In this document: positions 48,189 through 58,263 of the stretch, piece after piece
Numbering within the stretch: position 1 is the first letter of the stretch
Layout: each line of letters starts with the position of its first letter
Source: Thermoprotei archaeon
GTDB lineage: Archaea; Thermoproteota; Thermoprotei; Thermoproteales; B15-G16
DNA length: 64,000 nt
Direction: 5' to 3'
Assembly (NCBI GenBank): GCA_003649205.1
Contig: QMRC01000006.1
Coordinates: forward strand, 39,757-103,756
Translations under genes and position numbers: made by a program
The notes under the pieces: model-generated
The model's database searches: none
What the model saw: the letters and a program-made list of their open reading frames with translations, nothing else
What the model was told of the DNA's origin: nothing

Positions 48189-49213
48189 TGAGGGGTGTTG
48201 TGTTTAGGGTTAGGAGGGTTACGGAGCACTTTGTTCGGGATCTAGATCGTATCTTGCTTAGGAGGAGATCTGCTGTAGTGGTTTCTAGGGGTTGGAAGTG
48301 TCTTCAGTATAGACTGGGGTTTTTCCTTGGTGATGGAGATAGGGCGAGGAGTACGAGGTACACGGTGTGCTATGGTGTTTCGAGACTTGATAGTAAGTTG
48401 GCTGTTCTTCGGAGTTATCCGTGGGTTTACATAGTTGCTGAAATGAAGTCTTGTTGGTCGGTGACCTATTGTTGTCGCTGTAAGTTTGTTGATGATGTTG
48501 GTCGTGAGTATGAGGTGGAGGAGGTTACTTTGTACAGGAAGTTAAAGAGGAAATTGCTGAAGAGTGGTGAGTTAGGTGATGGTGAGTTACGTGCTTTGAA
48601 GTCTCTAGTGTATACAGCTGAGGATTTTGCAGCTTTTCTAGCTGGTATTGTAGATAGTGATGGCTGTATTGATGATTACGGTATTCAGATCTGCATTAAA
48701 CGTGATACAGTTGAAGGAAGAATTGTAAAGGCTGTTTTCGATCTACATGGAATTCCCTACACCATTATTAGTCGTTATCACTACTTTCACCTTTCAAAGT
48801 CGAGAAAGTTGTTAGATGATGTCCTTCCATATGCTTTGAAGTTCGTTGAATCACCAGAGAAAAAAGCGAAAATTCAGCTCTTAGTTGATGCTTCTAAAGT
48901 AACTAGTCCTAGGAAGGCATTTACTATCAGAGATTTACTTCAATCCATTAGGCTTGTATACTACCCTAAACAGCATATGTGCTATCTAGTATTCCATGCT
49001 AAGATCAATTCGCCAAAGTTCTGTCTACTAACTACATTACTACGTCAATACGGTATTGAGTTCATTGTTAATGCAGAGCGAAAAATCCTCATTCCCTTCA
49101 AGCAGGAACCAGAAAACTTAACAAAACTACTTAAGCTCTATAAGAGATACAACTTAATGATACCAGAACCCCTAAAAGAAGCTCTCAAAATAGTACAGGA
49201 AAGAAAACTATAA
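48170..49213 (+). CDS. Free-standing double-motif LAGLIDADG homing endonuclease (probable start 48188)
   Basis: LGFFLGDG and FLAGIVDSDGCI motifs. Confidence 0.82.
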   Translation: MKGVGRMRGVVFRVRRVTEHFVRDLDRILLRRRSAVVVSRGWKCLQYRLGFFLGDGDRARSTRYTVCYGVSRLDSKLAVLRSYPWVYIVAEMKSCWSVTYCCRCKFVDDVGREYEVEEVTLYRKLKRKLLKSGELGDGELRALKSLVYTAEDFAAFLAGIVDSDGCIDDYGIQICIKRDTVEGRIVKAVFDLHGIPYTIISRYHYFHLSKSRKLLDDVLPYALKFVESPEKKAKIQLLVDASKVTSPRKAFTIRDLLQSIRLVYYPKQHMCYLVFHAKINSPKFCLLTTLLRQYGIEFIVNAERKILIPFKQEPENLTKLLKLYKRYNLMIPEPLKEALKIVQERKL

Positions 49214-49361
49214 CCCCCACCCCTCTCTCTTTTACCCCATCACCAACAAAGAGAACTCTTAATTTTTAAACGTCAAGGTATTGGGAAAAAAATACTCAAA
49301 AAAAAAAAAGGAAAGAAAGATTTAAATACTTTTGACGTTCGTTTTTAATCTCTGGTGCTAT

Positions 49362-49649
49362 ATGCGTGAGCTTTTCGGTAGAAGTTATGTTGTTGTCAAG
49401 GTAATTAGAGCTTTGAGTGATGGTAGGAAGCATAGTGTTACTGAGTTGATAACTCTTTCACATGCTTCTTCGTCTACTGTCTTGAGGATTATTGATGTTC
49501 TTCGTAGGAAGGGGTTTCTTGTTGAGGAGAGAGAAAAGTCCTTTCCCTTTACTAGATATGTTAAGTTGACTGAGCGAGGTAAGTTGCTAGCTGAGCTGTT
49601 GATTAAGGCTGATGATCTTTGGAGAAGTGGTGATGTTTTTACACGATAG
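49362..49649 (+). CDS. Winged-helix DNA-binding protein (F93-like)
   Basis: SSSTVLRIIDVL...FP.TRYVKLTERGK; TTTAAATA TATA upstream. Confidence 0.78.
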   Translation: MRELFGRSYVVVKVIRALSDGRKHSVTELITLSHASSSTVLRIIDVLRRKGFLVEEREKSFPFTRYVKLTERGKLLAELLIKADDLWRSGDVFTR

Positions 49650-49830
49650 CTAACCTAGTGAGAATCTCAGATTTCAGACATACTAATCTGCTTAGTACGT
49701 TCTCAATTATCTTTCTATCTTCTTCACACTTCATCCTCGATTCCAGTACCTCCAGTAGTGCCTCCATTAGCATGATCTTCGTGAGGAGGTTTAGTAGTTT
49801 CTCAACATCTTCTGTATTCTCCATAGCCAT
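49639..49830 (-). CDS. Small hypothetical protein
   Basis: GGTGA RBS; amphipathic helices. Confidence 0.4.
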   Translation of the reverse strand: MAMENTEDVEKLLNLLTKIMLMEALLEVLESRMKCEEDRKIIENVLSRLVCLKSEILTRLAIV

Positions 49831-49877
49831 GTTCTCACCAACGGTATGATATTGTCTCTACTATTCCTGAGTTTGTG

Positions 49878-51695
49878 CTATGTAATTACTGTTGAGAGTA
49901 CTAGTAATGATGCTAGAGTGAAGGTTGTTGGTACTAGTTTAGTCACTGTTATTTTCCAACCTATCTCAACTAGCTTAGTTAGCTTGATGTACGTGTCTCT
50001 ACCGAGGACTCTAGCTTCTAGAGCTACTCTATGTACTCTCACTTTCGCTCTCCTACACGACTCCTTGCATTTCCTCACTAACTCAATTACTGTACTTGCT
50101 ATGGTGTTCCACTCTGTTAGGAGTCCTACTGGTGCATATGCTCTATTACTTACCTTGACCCCACTTATCTCGTGACTATCAGTCGTCACTACTAAGACCT
50201 TGGTTACACCTAGCTCTCTTCGTACGCTCTCCTGTATGTACTCTCTTAGTCCTGGTACCATGTTATTACCGTCAATTACGACGATAGCAAGGTCATAGTT
50301 TGGATTTCGTAGATATAGTACTGATACCCCACCTTCGCAGAGGTCGAGTGATACCCCTCTAATTGCTTCTTTAGGTAGGGTTAGTGCAGATACTTCACAT
50401 TTCACTACTCCTGACCTAGTTAGTTCAGTTACTACATGTGATATGCATCTCGATAAGGTATGTATTTCCTGTTCTGTCCATGGTGGGTGTATAGGTGTTA
50501 GCTTATTTTGATTATCTACTATTATGACGTGAGTTGCATTTGCTAGTTTCTTCGCTGTGTTTGCTATGTCTAGTGGTATGTCATCAGTTGATGCACTTAT
50601 CCTCTCAATGAAGATGAGGGGTACTTTGTGTAGTATTAATCCTTCGATTTTGAAGTCATCTTCTTCTCTTGTGATGATCTTACTGCTAATCACTAACTCA
50701 GTGTCGGGGGCACTACATGTAGTTAGGTGTGTAGCTAGTTTGCTCACTACTTGGTCTACGTCTTCTCTCGATACTAGGTCAAGTTCGTGACTTCCTTCTG
50801 AGTGTAGTACTATGGGTACGTAACCTAGATCACGTAGTTTCCTGTAGAGGGTTGGTACCAGGTATGCACCACCAACACCTCTGAAAGGTCCTGGGTGGTA
50901 TGGTAGTGGTACTACAGCTATCTTGCTAGAGTTCTCTGGTAGTACCTCAATTACTGTTGCTTCTCTACGTTCTGTAGTTGATATTGTTGTGAGTACTCTC
51001 TCTAGGTCGGATCCATCATTTTCGAAGAACCACTTTAGGAATGCTGATATGAGGTCGAATGTCGGTATCTTAGTCATCTCCATGCACTTAATAGTTAGTT
51101 CTCTATACAGTAGGTATGTGAGTACTGGTGATGTTACGTAGATTGTAGTGATTAGTATTATTTGGGAGCTTGTGGTTAGTGTTAGTGCTGATGTGATAAG
51201 GATAGGTAGGTACACGAGGTAGCTGTAGAGGAATGCCATTGTTAGTGAGTTGCTTTGGTGAAATGCTACGGAAATTACGCTGTGGGGGTATATCGTCGCT
51301 ATTAAGATTATGTGCCCACATACCTTAGTCGACACAATATTTGCTAGTATGCTTAGTGGTAGTGATGATAGTGTTAGTACTGTTGTTAAGCCTAGTGCTC
51401 TACGGAGGTTCATGTATGTTATGTCGAGGATCTTAGCGAGTAACCAGGTTAGTACTAGCATTGTGAGTACACAGTAGAGGTACGTAAAGCTACTTCTAAT
51501 TACCTTACTGACCTCCTTGACTATACTCCAGGTTGCTACCGTGTAGATGAGTAGTGTAGATGCTAGAATCACTACGAGTTTTGGCGTTGAAGGTAGTATG
51601 TGTAGTTTGAGAAATATGCTCTCTAGACCCTTAGTTAGATCAGCAGCGGCTAGCTTCTTCATCGATCTCTGCTCGTAGCATGGACCCTTCATCAC
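49878..51695 (-). CDS. DUF2070 family membrane protein
   Basis: N-terminal TMs; HPGPF..VGG, SHELD, DGNN, TTDSH motifs. Confidence 0.85.
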   Translation of the reverse strand: MMKGPCYEQRSMKKLAAADLTKGLESIFLKLHILPSTPKLVVILASTLLIYTVATWSIVKEVSKVIRSSFTYLYCVLTMLVLTWLLAKILDITYMNLRRALGLTTVLTLSSLPLSILANIVSTKVCGHIILIATIYPHSVISVAFHQSNSLTMAFLYSYLVYLPILITSALTLTTSSQIILITTIYVTSPVLTYLLYRELTIKCMEMTKIPTFDLISAFLKWFFENDGSDLERVLTTISTTERREATVIEVLPENSSKIAVVPLPYHPGPFRGVGGAYLVPTLYRKLRDLGYVPIVLHSEGSHELDLVSREDVDQVVSKLATHLTTCSAPDTELVISSKIITREEDDFKIEGLILHKVPLIFIERISASTDDIPLDIANTAKKLANATHVIIVDNQNKLTPIHPPWTEQEIHTLSRCISHVVTELTRSGVVKCEVSALTLPKEAIRGVSLDLCEGGVSVLYLRNPNYDLAIVVIDGNNMVPGLREYIQESVRRELGVTKVLVVTTDSHEISGVKVSNRAYAPVGLLTEWNTIASTVIELVRKCKESCRRAKVRVHRVALEARVLGRDTYIKLTKLVEIGWKITVTKLVPTTFTLASLLVLSTVIT

Positions 51696-51929
51696 GTGTA
51701 GAGACCTACCTATTTTGATCTATACGAGTTTTCCACTACGAGACTATAAGGATTACTTACCGGAACTACTACACTGTGACACTAGCATGGTAATAACTTG
51801 GTGCTCACTAGTGTCTAAGTATGCATATTCCAGATGGATTTCAGATGGATTTCTCGATCCAGTGATAGCCGATATGTGCTATGTAATATCAACTGCCTAT
51901 ACTGTCATTACCTTGGTACAGTACTGTAG

Positions 51930-52190
51930 AGATTGAGTAGCAGTGAGGGGAAGAGACTTGCACTTGCTTCTGTACTGATCTATGAACCAACTCTAAGTCC
52001 AAAGTGCATTGTCATCGTTGAGTCGTGGTACGTGACCTAGAGCGCAGACATCACTGCACACGACATTGCTCTGGCCTATGAGTTAGCAAACTACGTGTAC
52101 CTAATGTATGATGATTGTATTGTTGCCGAGGGCGAACTAAGCGAGGTGCTATGTAGTGAGAATGAGGTGTCTATCTGTGAATTAGGGAAG
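51930..52190 (+). pseudogene. Remnant of an ABC/ECF transporter ATPase (boundaries approximate)
   Basis: Fragments LSSSEGKRLALASVLIYEP and HDIALAYELANYVYLM...IVAEG; interrupted, no N-terminus. Confidence 0.7.
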
Positions 52191-52264
52191 AACACATGGT
52201 TGAGATCTTGGAGAGATTGAGTTTCATCAAGTGTGGTAGTGAGATGTTGGTGTACTGAAGGTAC

Positions 52265-52756
52265 TTACAGGAACTTCTTAGTTATCTTGAACGCTAGGTA
52301 AGCTAGTAGGAGGAATATGGTTAACCACAGGATCCTAGCTAAGAAGGAGACAGGTCTAGGTACTAGAAAACCAGCAACACCAATGGCAGCTAGAATAATT
52401 GGAGGTAGCACTACAAGGATTGGAAGTACCTTGAACTTGAACTTGTGCAGAAGAGGGTACTTAGAAATCTCAATATCTCTGAACTCAGGTATTTCTCTCC
52501 TAAGTAGTTCCTTCAGTGCTTCACGATATTTATCGGATATCCTGTAGAGCTTCCTGTGGTCACATGTACGGTACTCAACTAAGCCAAGCGAACAGAGGTA
52601 GGTAAGATGCCGAAAAATGGTCGTTCTATGTTTACCAGTTGCCTCAGCAAGATCATCTAGTGAAGCCTCATCAACTTCACATAGCTTCCTGAGAATAGCT
52701 AACTTCGTACTATCCTTAATCTTCTCCAGTAGCTTCTCAAGCTCCTCACTACTCAC
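52265..52756 (-). CDS. ArsR-like HTH regulator with two C-terminal TMs
   Basis: ILRKL...SLDDLAEATGKHRTTIFRHL. Confidence 0.78.
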   Translation of the reverse strand: MSSEELEKLLEKIKDSTKLAILRKLCEVDEASLDDLAEATGKHRTTIFRHLTYLCSLGLVEYRTCDHRKLYRISDKYREALKELLRREIPEFRDIEISKYPLLHKFKFKVLPILVVLPPIILAAIGVAGFLVPRPVSFLARILWLTIFLLLAYLAFKITKKFL

Positions 52757-53325
52757 TAAGGTCTCACCTCGATCTTACCCCTAAACCTCTTACCCAGCTC
52801 AATTGCTAGCTCAGCAGCTTCCTTGGGATCAGGGGTGAATACCAATCTACTGAGTCTCCTGTGATCTATATACCCATTGGGAAACATAGTCTTTAACCTA
52901 TCAGCTACAAAACCTGTACCCTCAAGTACGACAATAGGTTTACCCAATCCATAAGCCATGCATATCTCCGTTAAAGTACCTGCACCACCTGCGAGAGCTA
53001 TAATTGAGTCACAGCTCCTAACAAGTACAGCACTGCGTGCGCTAAACGATAAACCAGTCCATATCCTCACCGTTGATACAGAGTCGTACCATGGGTGATT
53101 AGGAGGTAGATTCTCAACCTCAATAGGTAGTATGGACACCACGAAACCACCGTACTTCACATACTGCTCAACGAAGTACCTAAGCAATCCACCACAAGCA
53201 CCACCTGTTAAGACAATAACATCAGGGTGCTTAGCTAACTCCATAGCTAGCGCCCTAACCTTACTGAGAATTTGCTCATCTCTACACTCATCATAGGTAG
53301 TGACTACACCTATCTGCAACTTCAT
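52756..53325 (-). CDS. LOG/TIGR00725 family Rossmann-fold protein
   Basis: LTGG, GGAGTLTEI, GKPIVVL..TG motifs. Confidence 0.88.
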   Translation of the reverse strand: MKLQIGVVTTYDECRDEQILSKVRALAMELAKHPDVIVLTGGACGGLLRYFVEQYVKYGGFVVSILPIEVENLPPNHPWYDSVSTVRIWTGLSFSARSAVLVRSCDSIIALAGGAGTLTEICMAYGLGKPIVVLEGTGFVADRLKTMFPNGYIDHRRLSRLVFTPDPKEAAELAIELGKRFRGKIEVRP

Positions 53326-53387
53326 CTCACAACCAGATGACAGTAACCTTAATTAGATTTGCTCTCAGCCATAAACGAGGGTACGTA

Positions 53388-53597
53388 ATGGCCAAGCTCA
53401 AATGCCAACACTGTGGCTACGAATTCGAGATCACTGAAGATGATATCGATGTAGATGCCTCTGTTGAGGAATTATCAGGAGAAGTAGCTACGATAAGTCT
53501 AACAGTTAGAGTACCTTGCCCCAAGTGTGGTAGAAGGGTACTGTACTATGTTGACACAATAGAAGTACCGATCAAACCAGGTAAAGTGGTTAGATAA
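53388..53597 (+). CDS. Small zinc-ribbon protein
   Basis: CQHCG...CPKCG. Confidence 0.65.
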   Translation: MAKLKCQHCGYEFEITEDDIDVDASVEELSGEVATISLTVRVPCPKCGRRVLYYVDTIEVPIKPGKVVR

Positions 53598-53723
53598 GTC
53601 ACCAAGCAAATCCCGCTAAGTAAGGAGAAAGCTTGATTGTTTAAAGGTGTGCAGTTAGTTGATTCAAAATGGAGTTGAGGGAGGAGAAAAAGTGGGTTGA
53701 GTTATTACCCGTATCATTCTTTA

Positions 53724-54182
53724 TCATTCTTTCCTTTCTTCCTTCTTCTCACTATTTCCATTCATAGCTACGTTCTCTAATAGAGCTACTCTAAATGCTT
53801 CAATTGCTGATATTCCTCTCCCTCTACCTCTCGTATGGGATATTGCTGTTAGAATTAGTTCTCTAGCTCTATCAGGTGCTGACTTAGCTAGGTACCAAAT
53901 CATCATGGAGGCATCTACATAGTACCTAAGTACTCTCGAGACCTTCCTCTTAGATACCCACCTATCTACTTCAGCCTTTATTATACCAGCCTTAACTAGC
54001 TTCTTACAGAAGTGAGCAGCCCTCAGTATGTTTCTCTGCGTTTTCTCCAGATCTGTATAGTTTAGGAGGGATTTTGCCCTAAAAGATACCTTTGCTCCTC
54101 TAGCATCTCGTATTATACCAATCAATGCTTGGGCTAGTTCTTGCTCTATCTTATACCTCCCCAACCTATCATCCTCCACCAA
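53724..54182 (-). CDS. Hypothetical protein
   Basis: ORF coupled to mtnA. Confidence 0.55.
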   Translation of the reverse strand: MVEDDRLGRYKIEQELAQALIGIIRDARGAKVSFRAKSLLNYTDLEKTQRNILRAAHFCKKLVKAGIIKAEVDRWVSKRKVSRVLRYYVDASMMIWYLAKSAPDRARELILTAISHTRGRGRGISAIEAFRVALLENVAMNGNSEKKEERKE

Positions 54183-55242
54183 GAACTAACCCTATGTTTT
54201 TAGAAAAGGGAGGACGGATCACACCATACTCAGTAATTATAGCAGAAACATACTTGGGCGGAGTTATGTCGAATGCAGGATTCATCACACCAACCTCATC
54301 TAGAGTTACCTTCATCCCCATTACGTACTTAACTTCGTACTCACTGCGCTCCTCAATAACCACATCGTTGACTTTACTCTTCAAGTCAAATGATGACCTA
54401 GGAGCAGCTACGTAGAATGGTACGCCATGTTCGTGAGCTAACACAGCTATTGTGTACGTACCGATCTTGTTGATTACGTGACCGTCCCTGAGAACCCTAT
54501 CAGCACCAACTATCACACAATCTACGAGGCCTCTATACATTACGTACCCAACCATGTTGTCCGTTATCAATGTTGTCGGGATACCCTCCTTAACTAACTC
54601 GTACACTGTCAACCTAGCTCCCTGAAGTACAGGTCTAGTCTCAGTAGCTATTACCTTAATGTCCTTACCCTGTCTATACGCTAACTTGATAACACCTAGT
54701 GCAGTACCAAGTCCTGTACCAGTAGCTAAGCCACCAGCATTACAGTGCGTCAACACCGTATCACCATCATGTAGTAGCTTAGCACCGAACTTGCTCATCT
54801 CCAGCTCAGCTCTAAACTCCTCCTCGTGAATTGCCTTAGCCTCCTCCTCTAGATCAGTAACTACTTCACGTAAGTCAGATGTTTCAGAAATGCTGTTCTG
54901 CAACCTAGCTAACATCCTATCGAGAGCCCAGAAGAGGTTTACTGCCGTAGGTCTCGTACTTCTCAACCTATCACATACCTTCTTCACTTCAGCGACTAAG
55001 TCATCCACCTTAGAGCACTTATTAAGAGCGTTCTTAGCACCTAGAACAACCGCGTAAGCAGCGGCAATACCTATAGCTGGTGCCCCACGTACCTGCATTG
55101 CCTCAATGGCTTTCGCTACAGTCTCGTGATCACGGGCAATGATGTACTCCTCGGTGTGCGGTAGCTTTGTCTGGTCAAGTATCAGTAACTCTGAGCCATG
55201 CCAGATCAGTGGCTTGATCCTTGGCTCGTAGCTTATTTCCAT
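54169..55242 (-). CDS. mtnA: S-methyl-5-thioribose-1-phosphate isomerase
   Basis: VRGAPAIG, RPTAVNL, THCNAG, ETRP.LQG.RLT, NKIGTY, NPAFD motifs. Confidence 0.92.
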   Translation of the reverse strand: MEISYEPRIKPLIWHGSELLILDQTKLPHTEEYIIARDHETVAKAIEAMQVRGAPAIGIAAAYAVVLGAKNALNKCSKVDDLVAEVKKVCDRLRSTRPTAVNLFWALDRMLARLQNSISETSDLREVVTDLEEEAKAIHEEEFRAELEMSKFGAKLLHDGDTVLTHCNAGGLATGTGLGTALGVIKLAYRQGKDIKVIATETRPVLQGARLTVYELVKEGIPTTLITDNMVGYVMYRGLVDCVIVGADRVLRDGHVINKIGTYTIAVLAHEHGVPFYVAAPRSSFDLKSKVNDVVIEERSEYEVKYVMGMKVTLDEVGVMNPAFDITPPKYVSAIITEYGVIRPPFSKNIGLVLGGG

Positions 55243-55363
55243 GGTATCGACCTACATCGTTGTGACGTAGGTATCTCACCTTATTGTGAATGATAATACG
55301 AGAAAAGCATATTAATTTTTCCGCCGTTACACCGCCACAGCACTAGTTCTGAGGCGCAAAGTT

Positions 55364-57547
55364 ATGGTTAAGGAGGTCATGCTTAGAGTTGCTGAGGCTC
55401 GAACACGTGATGTTGGTAGGTGTATAGTTAGGATTGATCGTAAGGCAATGGAGGAGCTAGGTGTTGAGGCTGGAGACTTTGTCGAGATTGTTGGTAAGAA
55501 AATGGCTTATGCGCAGGTCTGGCCTGCTTATCCTGAAGATGAGGGTAAGAACATCATTAGGATGGATGGGCTTCTTAGGCAGAATGCCGGTGTTAGTATA
55601 GGTGATGTTGTTAAGGTTAGAAAAGCTGAGTTAAAGCCAGCTACACGCGTCGTACTTGCACCAACAGAAGCTATTAGGCTTGATCCTGCATTTGCTGAGT
55701 ACATTAAGAGGCATTACCTAATGAGCAAACCAGTTGCTAGAGGTAACGCAATTGAGGTCCCACTCTACGGTGGTGCTGGTTTAAGGTTCATAGTCACTAA
55801 CGTAACTCCAGGACCAGCAGCGTACGTAGCACCTGAAACCACGATAGTTATCTCGGAGAAACCTGTTGCTCCTGAAGCAATAGGTATACCAAGGGTAACG
55901 TATGAAGATATTGGTGATCTTGAGGAAGCTAAGCAGAGAATAAGGGAGATAGTTGAGCTACCTCTAAAGCATCCTGAACTATTTAAGCACCTAGGTATTG
56001 AGCCACCTAAGGGAGTGCTTCTCTATGGTCCACCGGGTTGTGGTAAGACTCTTCTTGCTAAGGCTGTTGCTAATGAGGCTGGTGCATACTTCATAGCAAT
56101 CAACGGACCAGAAATCATGAGCAAATACTATGGCGAATCAGAAGCTAGGTTAAGAGAGATCTTTGAGGAGGCTAAGAGAAACGCACCAGCGATAATCTTC
56201 ATTGATGAGATAGACGCTATTGCACCAAAGAGGGAAGAGGTTACAGGTGAGGTGGAGAAGAGAGTCGTATCACAATTACTAACGCTGATGGATGGTCTAC
56301 AGGAGAGAGGACAGGTAATTGTCATTGCTGCTACGAATAGACCTGATGCTCTTGATCCTGCATTGAGGCGACCAGGTAGATTTGATAGGGAGATCTACAT
56401 TGGTATGCCAGATAGGAGAGCTAGGAAGGAGATACTGATGGTACATACGAGAAACATGCCACTAGCTGAAGATGTCAACCTAGATGAGATAGCTGAGATC
56501 ACTCACGGCTTTACAGGTGCTGATCTAGCAGCGCTCTGTAGAGAAGCAGCAATGTGTGCTCTGAGGAGAGCTATGGCGCAGGGCTGGATTGATCCAGATA
56601 AACCTATTCCACCTGAGGTTTTAGAGAAGATTAAGGTTACGAGAGCAGATTTCATGGAGGCACTCAAGTACGTACACCCATCAGTTCTACGTGAGGTCTT
56701 GATTGAGGTACCTGAGGTGCGCTGGGACGACATAGGTGGGTTGGAGAATGTGAAGCAAGAGCTTAGAGAGATGGTTGAGTGGCCTCTTAAGTACCCGAAG
56801 ATGTTTGAAGAACTCGGTATTGAACCACCTAAGGGAATTCTACTCTTTGGCCCACCGGGAACAGGTAAGACATTGCTAGCTAAGGCTGTTGCTACGGAGT
56901 CAGGAGCAAACTTCATTGCTGTTAGAGGACCTGAGATACTGAGTAAGTGGGTTGGTGAATCAGAGAAAGCTATTCGTGAGATATTCAAGAAGGCTAAGAT
57001 GGCCGCACCATGCGTTATATTCTTCGATGAGATCGATGCAATAGCACCAATGAGAGGTTACAGACATGATAGTGGTGTAACTGATAGAATCGTGAATCAG
57101 TTACTAGCTGAGATGGATGGTATTGAGAGGTTAAGGAACGTAGTCGTGATCGCTGCTACGAATAGACCAGACATACTGGACCCAGCACTTCTTAGACCCG
57201 GTAGATTCGATAGATTAATCTACGTACCACCACCGGATGAGAAGGCGAGACTAGAGATATTCAAGGTACATACGAGGAAGATGCCACTAGCGGATGACGT
57301 TAATCTTGAGGAGCTAGCTAGGAGGACAAAGTACTACACAGGTGCAGACATAGCTGCTGTCTGTAGAGAAGCTGCTATGATGGCTCTCAGAGAGAGTATT
57401 AGGGAGGGTCTAACGAAGCCTAAGAAGGTATCTATGAGGCACTTCGAAGAGGCTCTAAAGAGGGTACCACCAAGCCTATCACCTGAGGATATTAGGATGT
57501 ATGAGGAGATTGCTCGTAAGCTCAAGAGGTTAACAGCTAGAGGATGA
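55364..57547 (+). CDS. cdc48: CDC48/VCP family AAA ATPase
   Basis: Two AAA modules ([16 protein letters not shown]), DEID, RPGRFDR; N-domain. Confidence 0.97.
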   Translation: MVKEVMLRVAEARTRDVGRCIVRIDRKAMEELGVEAGDFVEIVGKKMAYAQVWPAYPEDEGKNIIRMDGLLRQNAGVSIGDVVKVRKAELKPATRVVLAPTEAIRLDPAFAEYIKRHYLMSKPVARGNAIEVPLYGGAGLRFIVTNVTPGPAAYVAPETTIVISEKPVAPEAIGIPRVTYEDIGDLEEAKQRIREIVELPLKHPELFKHLGIEPPKGVLLYGPPGCGKTLLAKAVANEAGAYFIAINGPEIMSKYYGESEARLREIFEEAKRNAPAIIFIDEIDAIAPKREEVTGEVEKRVVSQLLTLMDGLQERGQVIVIAATNRPDALDPALRRPGRFDREIYIGMPDRRARKEILMVHTRNMPLAEDVNLDEIAEITHGFTGADLAALCREAAMCALRRAMAQGWIDPDKPIPPEVLEKIKVTRADFMEALKYVHPSVLREVLIEVPEVRWDDIGGLENVKQELREMVEWPLKYPKMFEELGIEPPKGILLFGPPGTGKTLLAKAVATESGANFIAVRGPEILSKWVGESEKAIREIFKKAKMAAPCVIFFDEIDAIAPMRGYRHDSGVTDRIVNQLLAEMDGIERLRNVVVIAATNRPDILDPALLRPGRFDRLIYVPPPDEKARLEIFKVHTRKMPLADDVNLEELARRTKYYTGADIAAVCREAAMMALRESIREGLTKPKKVSMRHFEEALKRVPPSLSPEDIRMYEEIARKLKRLTARG

Positions 57548-57744
57548 ATAGGTGAGATTAGCCTAGATTTACATACCTTTTTCTTCATTCAACATTTTGT
57601 CGGAGATTAGTGATGTCATGTTGGAAACTTTGTGAGTACTGCACTCAGGTCTAGTACTTCTTAGTGGGGATCCCACTAGTTAACTTGATGATACGGTATT
57701 GTTGATGAACGAATTAGAAATAAGTTAGGTAACTGAATTCACAA

Positions 57745-58263
57745 GTGAGGGAATTTCGTATGAGTGAAGAGATTCCTCTCAAACCAGTGACAAGACAGGA
57801 CATACATAAGCTAGAGATAGCATTACTAATAGCAACTCTCTTTAGACCAGAAGTGCTTGACCTCATTAGGGATCCCAGTGAGAGAGTTACATGGCTTGAC
57901 TCACTAGCTGTTGCAGCAGCTGCATTAGCTAGGCACAAAGCAGGTATGTCAACTACTGAAATAGCTGATGAGCTAGGTAGATCAGAAGGCACAATTAGGA
58001 ATCACTTAGCTGGTAAGACTAAGGCTGGTAAACTGGTACTGGAGACTTACGAGAAGTTTGTTAGGGAAGGCGTCAAGATACCACTACCTGAAGAGATTGT
58101 TGGTGCTACAGCACCTGGTGAAGTAACTAGATTGAAGGAGGAGAATGAACGTCTTAAGAAAGAGAATGAAGAGTTGAAGAGAAAGGTTGAAGAGTTAACT
58201 AAGGAGAACGAGGAGCTGAGGAAGGTTATTCAGCAGATAAAGAGTCTCGTCGGAAAAGCTTAA
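57745..58263 (+). CDS. HTH transcriptional regulator with C-terminal coiled coil (COG1318-like)
   Basis: TWLDSLAVAA.ALAR..AGMS..EIA.ELGRSE.TIR.HL. Confidence 0.85.
   Translation: MREFRMSEEIPLKPVTRQDIHKLEIALLIATLFRPEVLDLIRDPSERVTWLDSLAVAAAALARHKAGMSTTEIADELGRSEGTIRNHLAGKTKAGKLVLETYEKFVREGVKIPLPEEIVGATAPGEVTRLKEENERLKKENEELKRKVEELTKENEELRKVIQQIKSLVGKA

Noticed and set aside
51715-51936. 73-aa ORF
   Set aside because: No recognisable features; it lies in a decayed region next to an ABC ATPase remnant.
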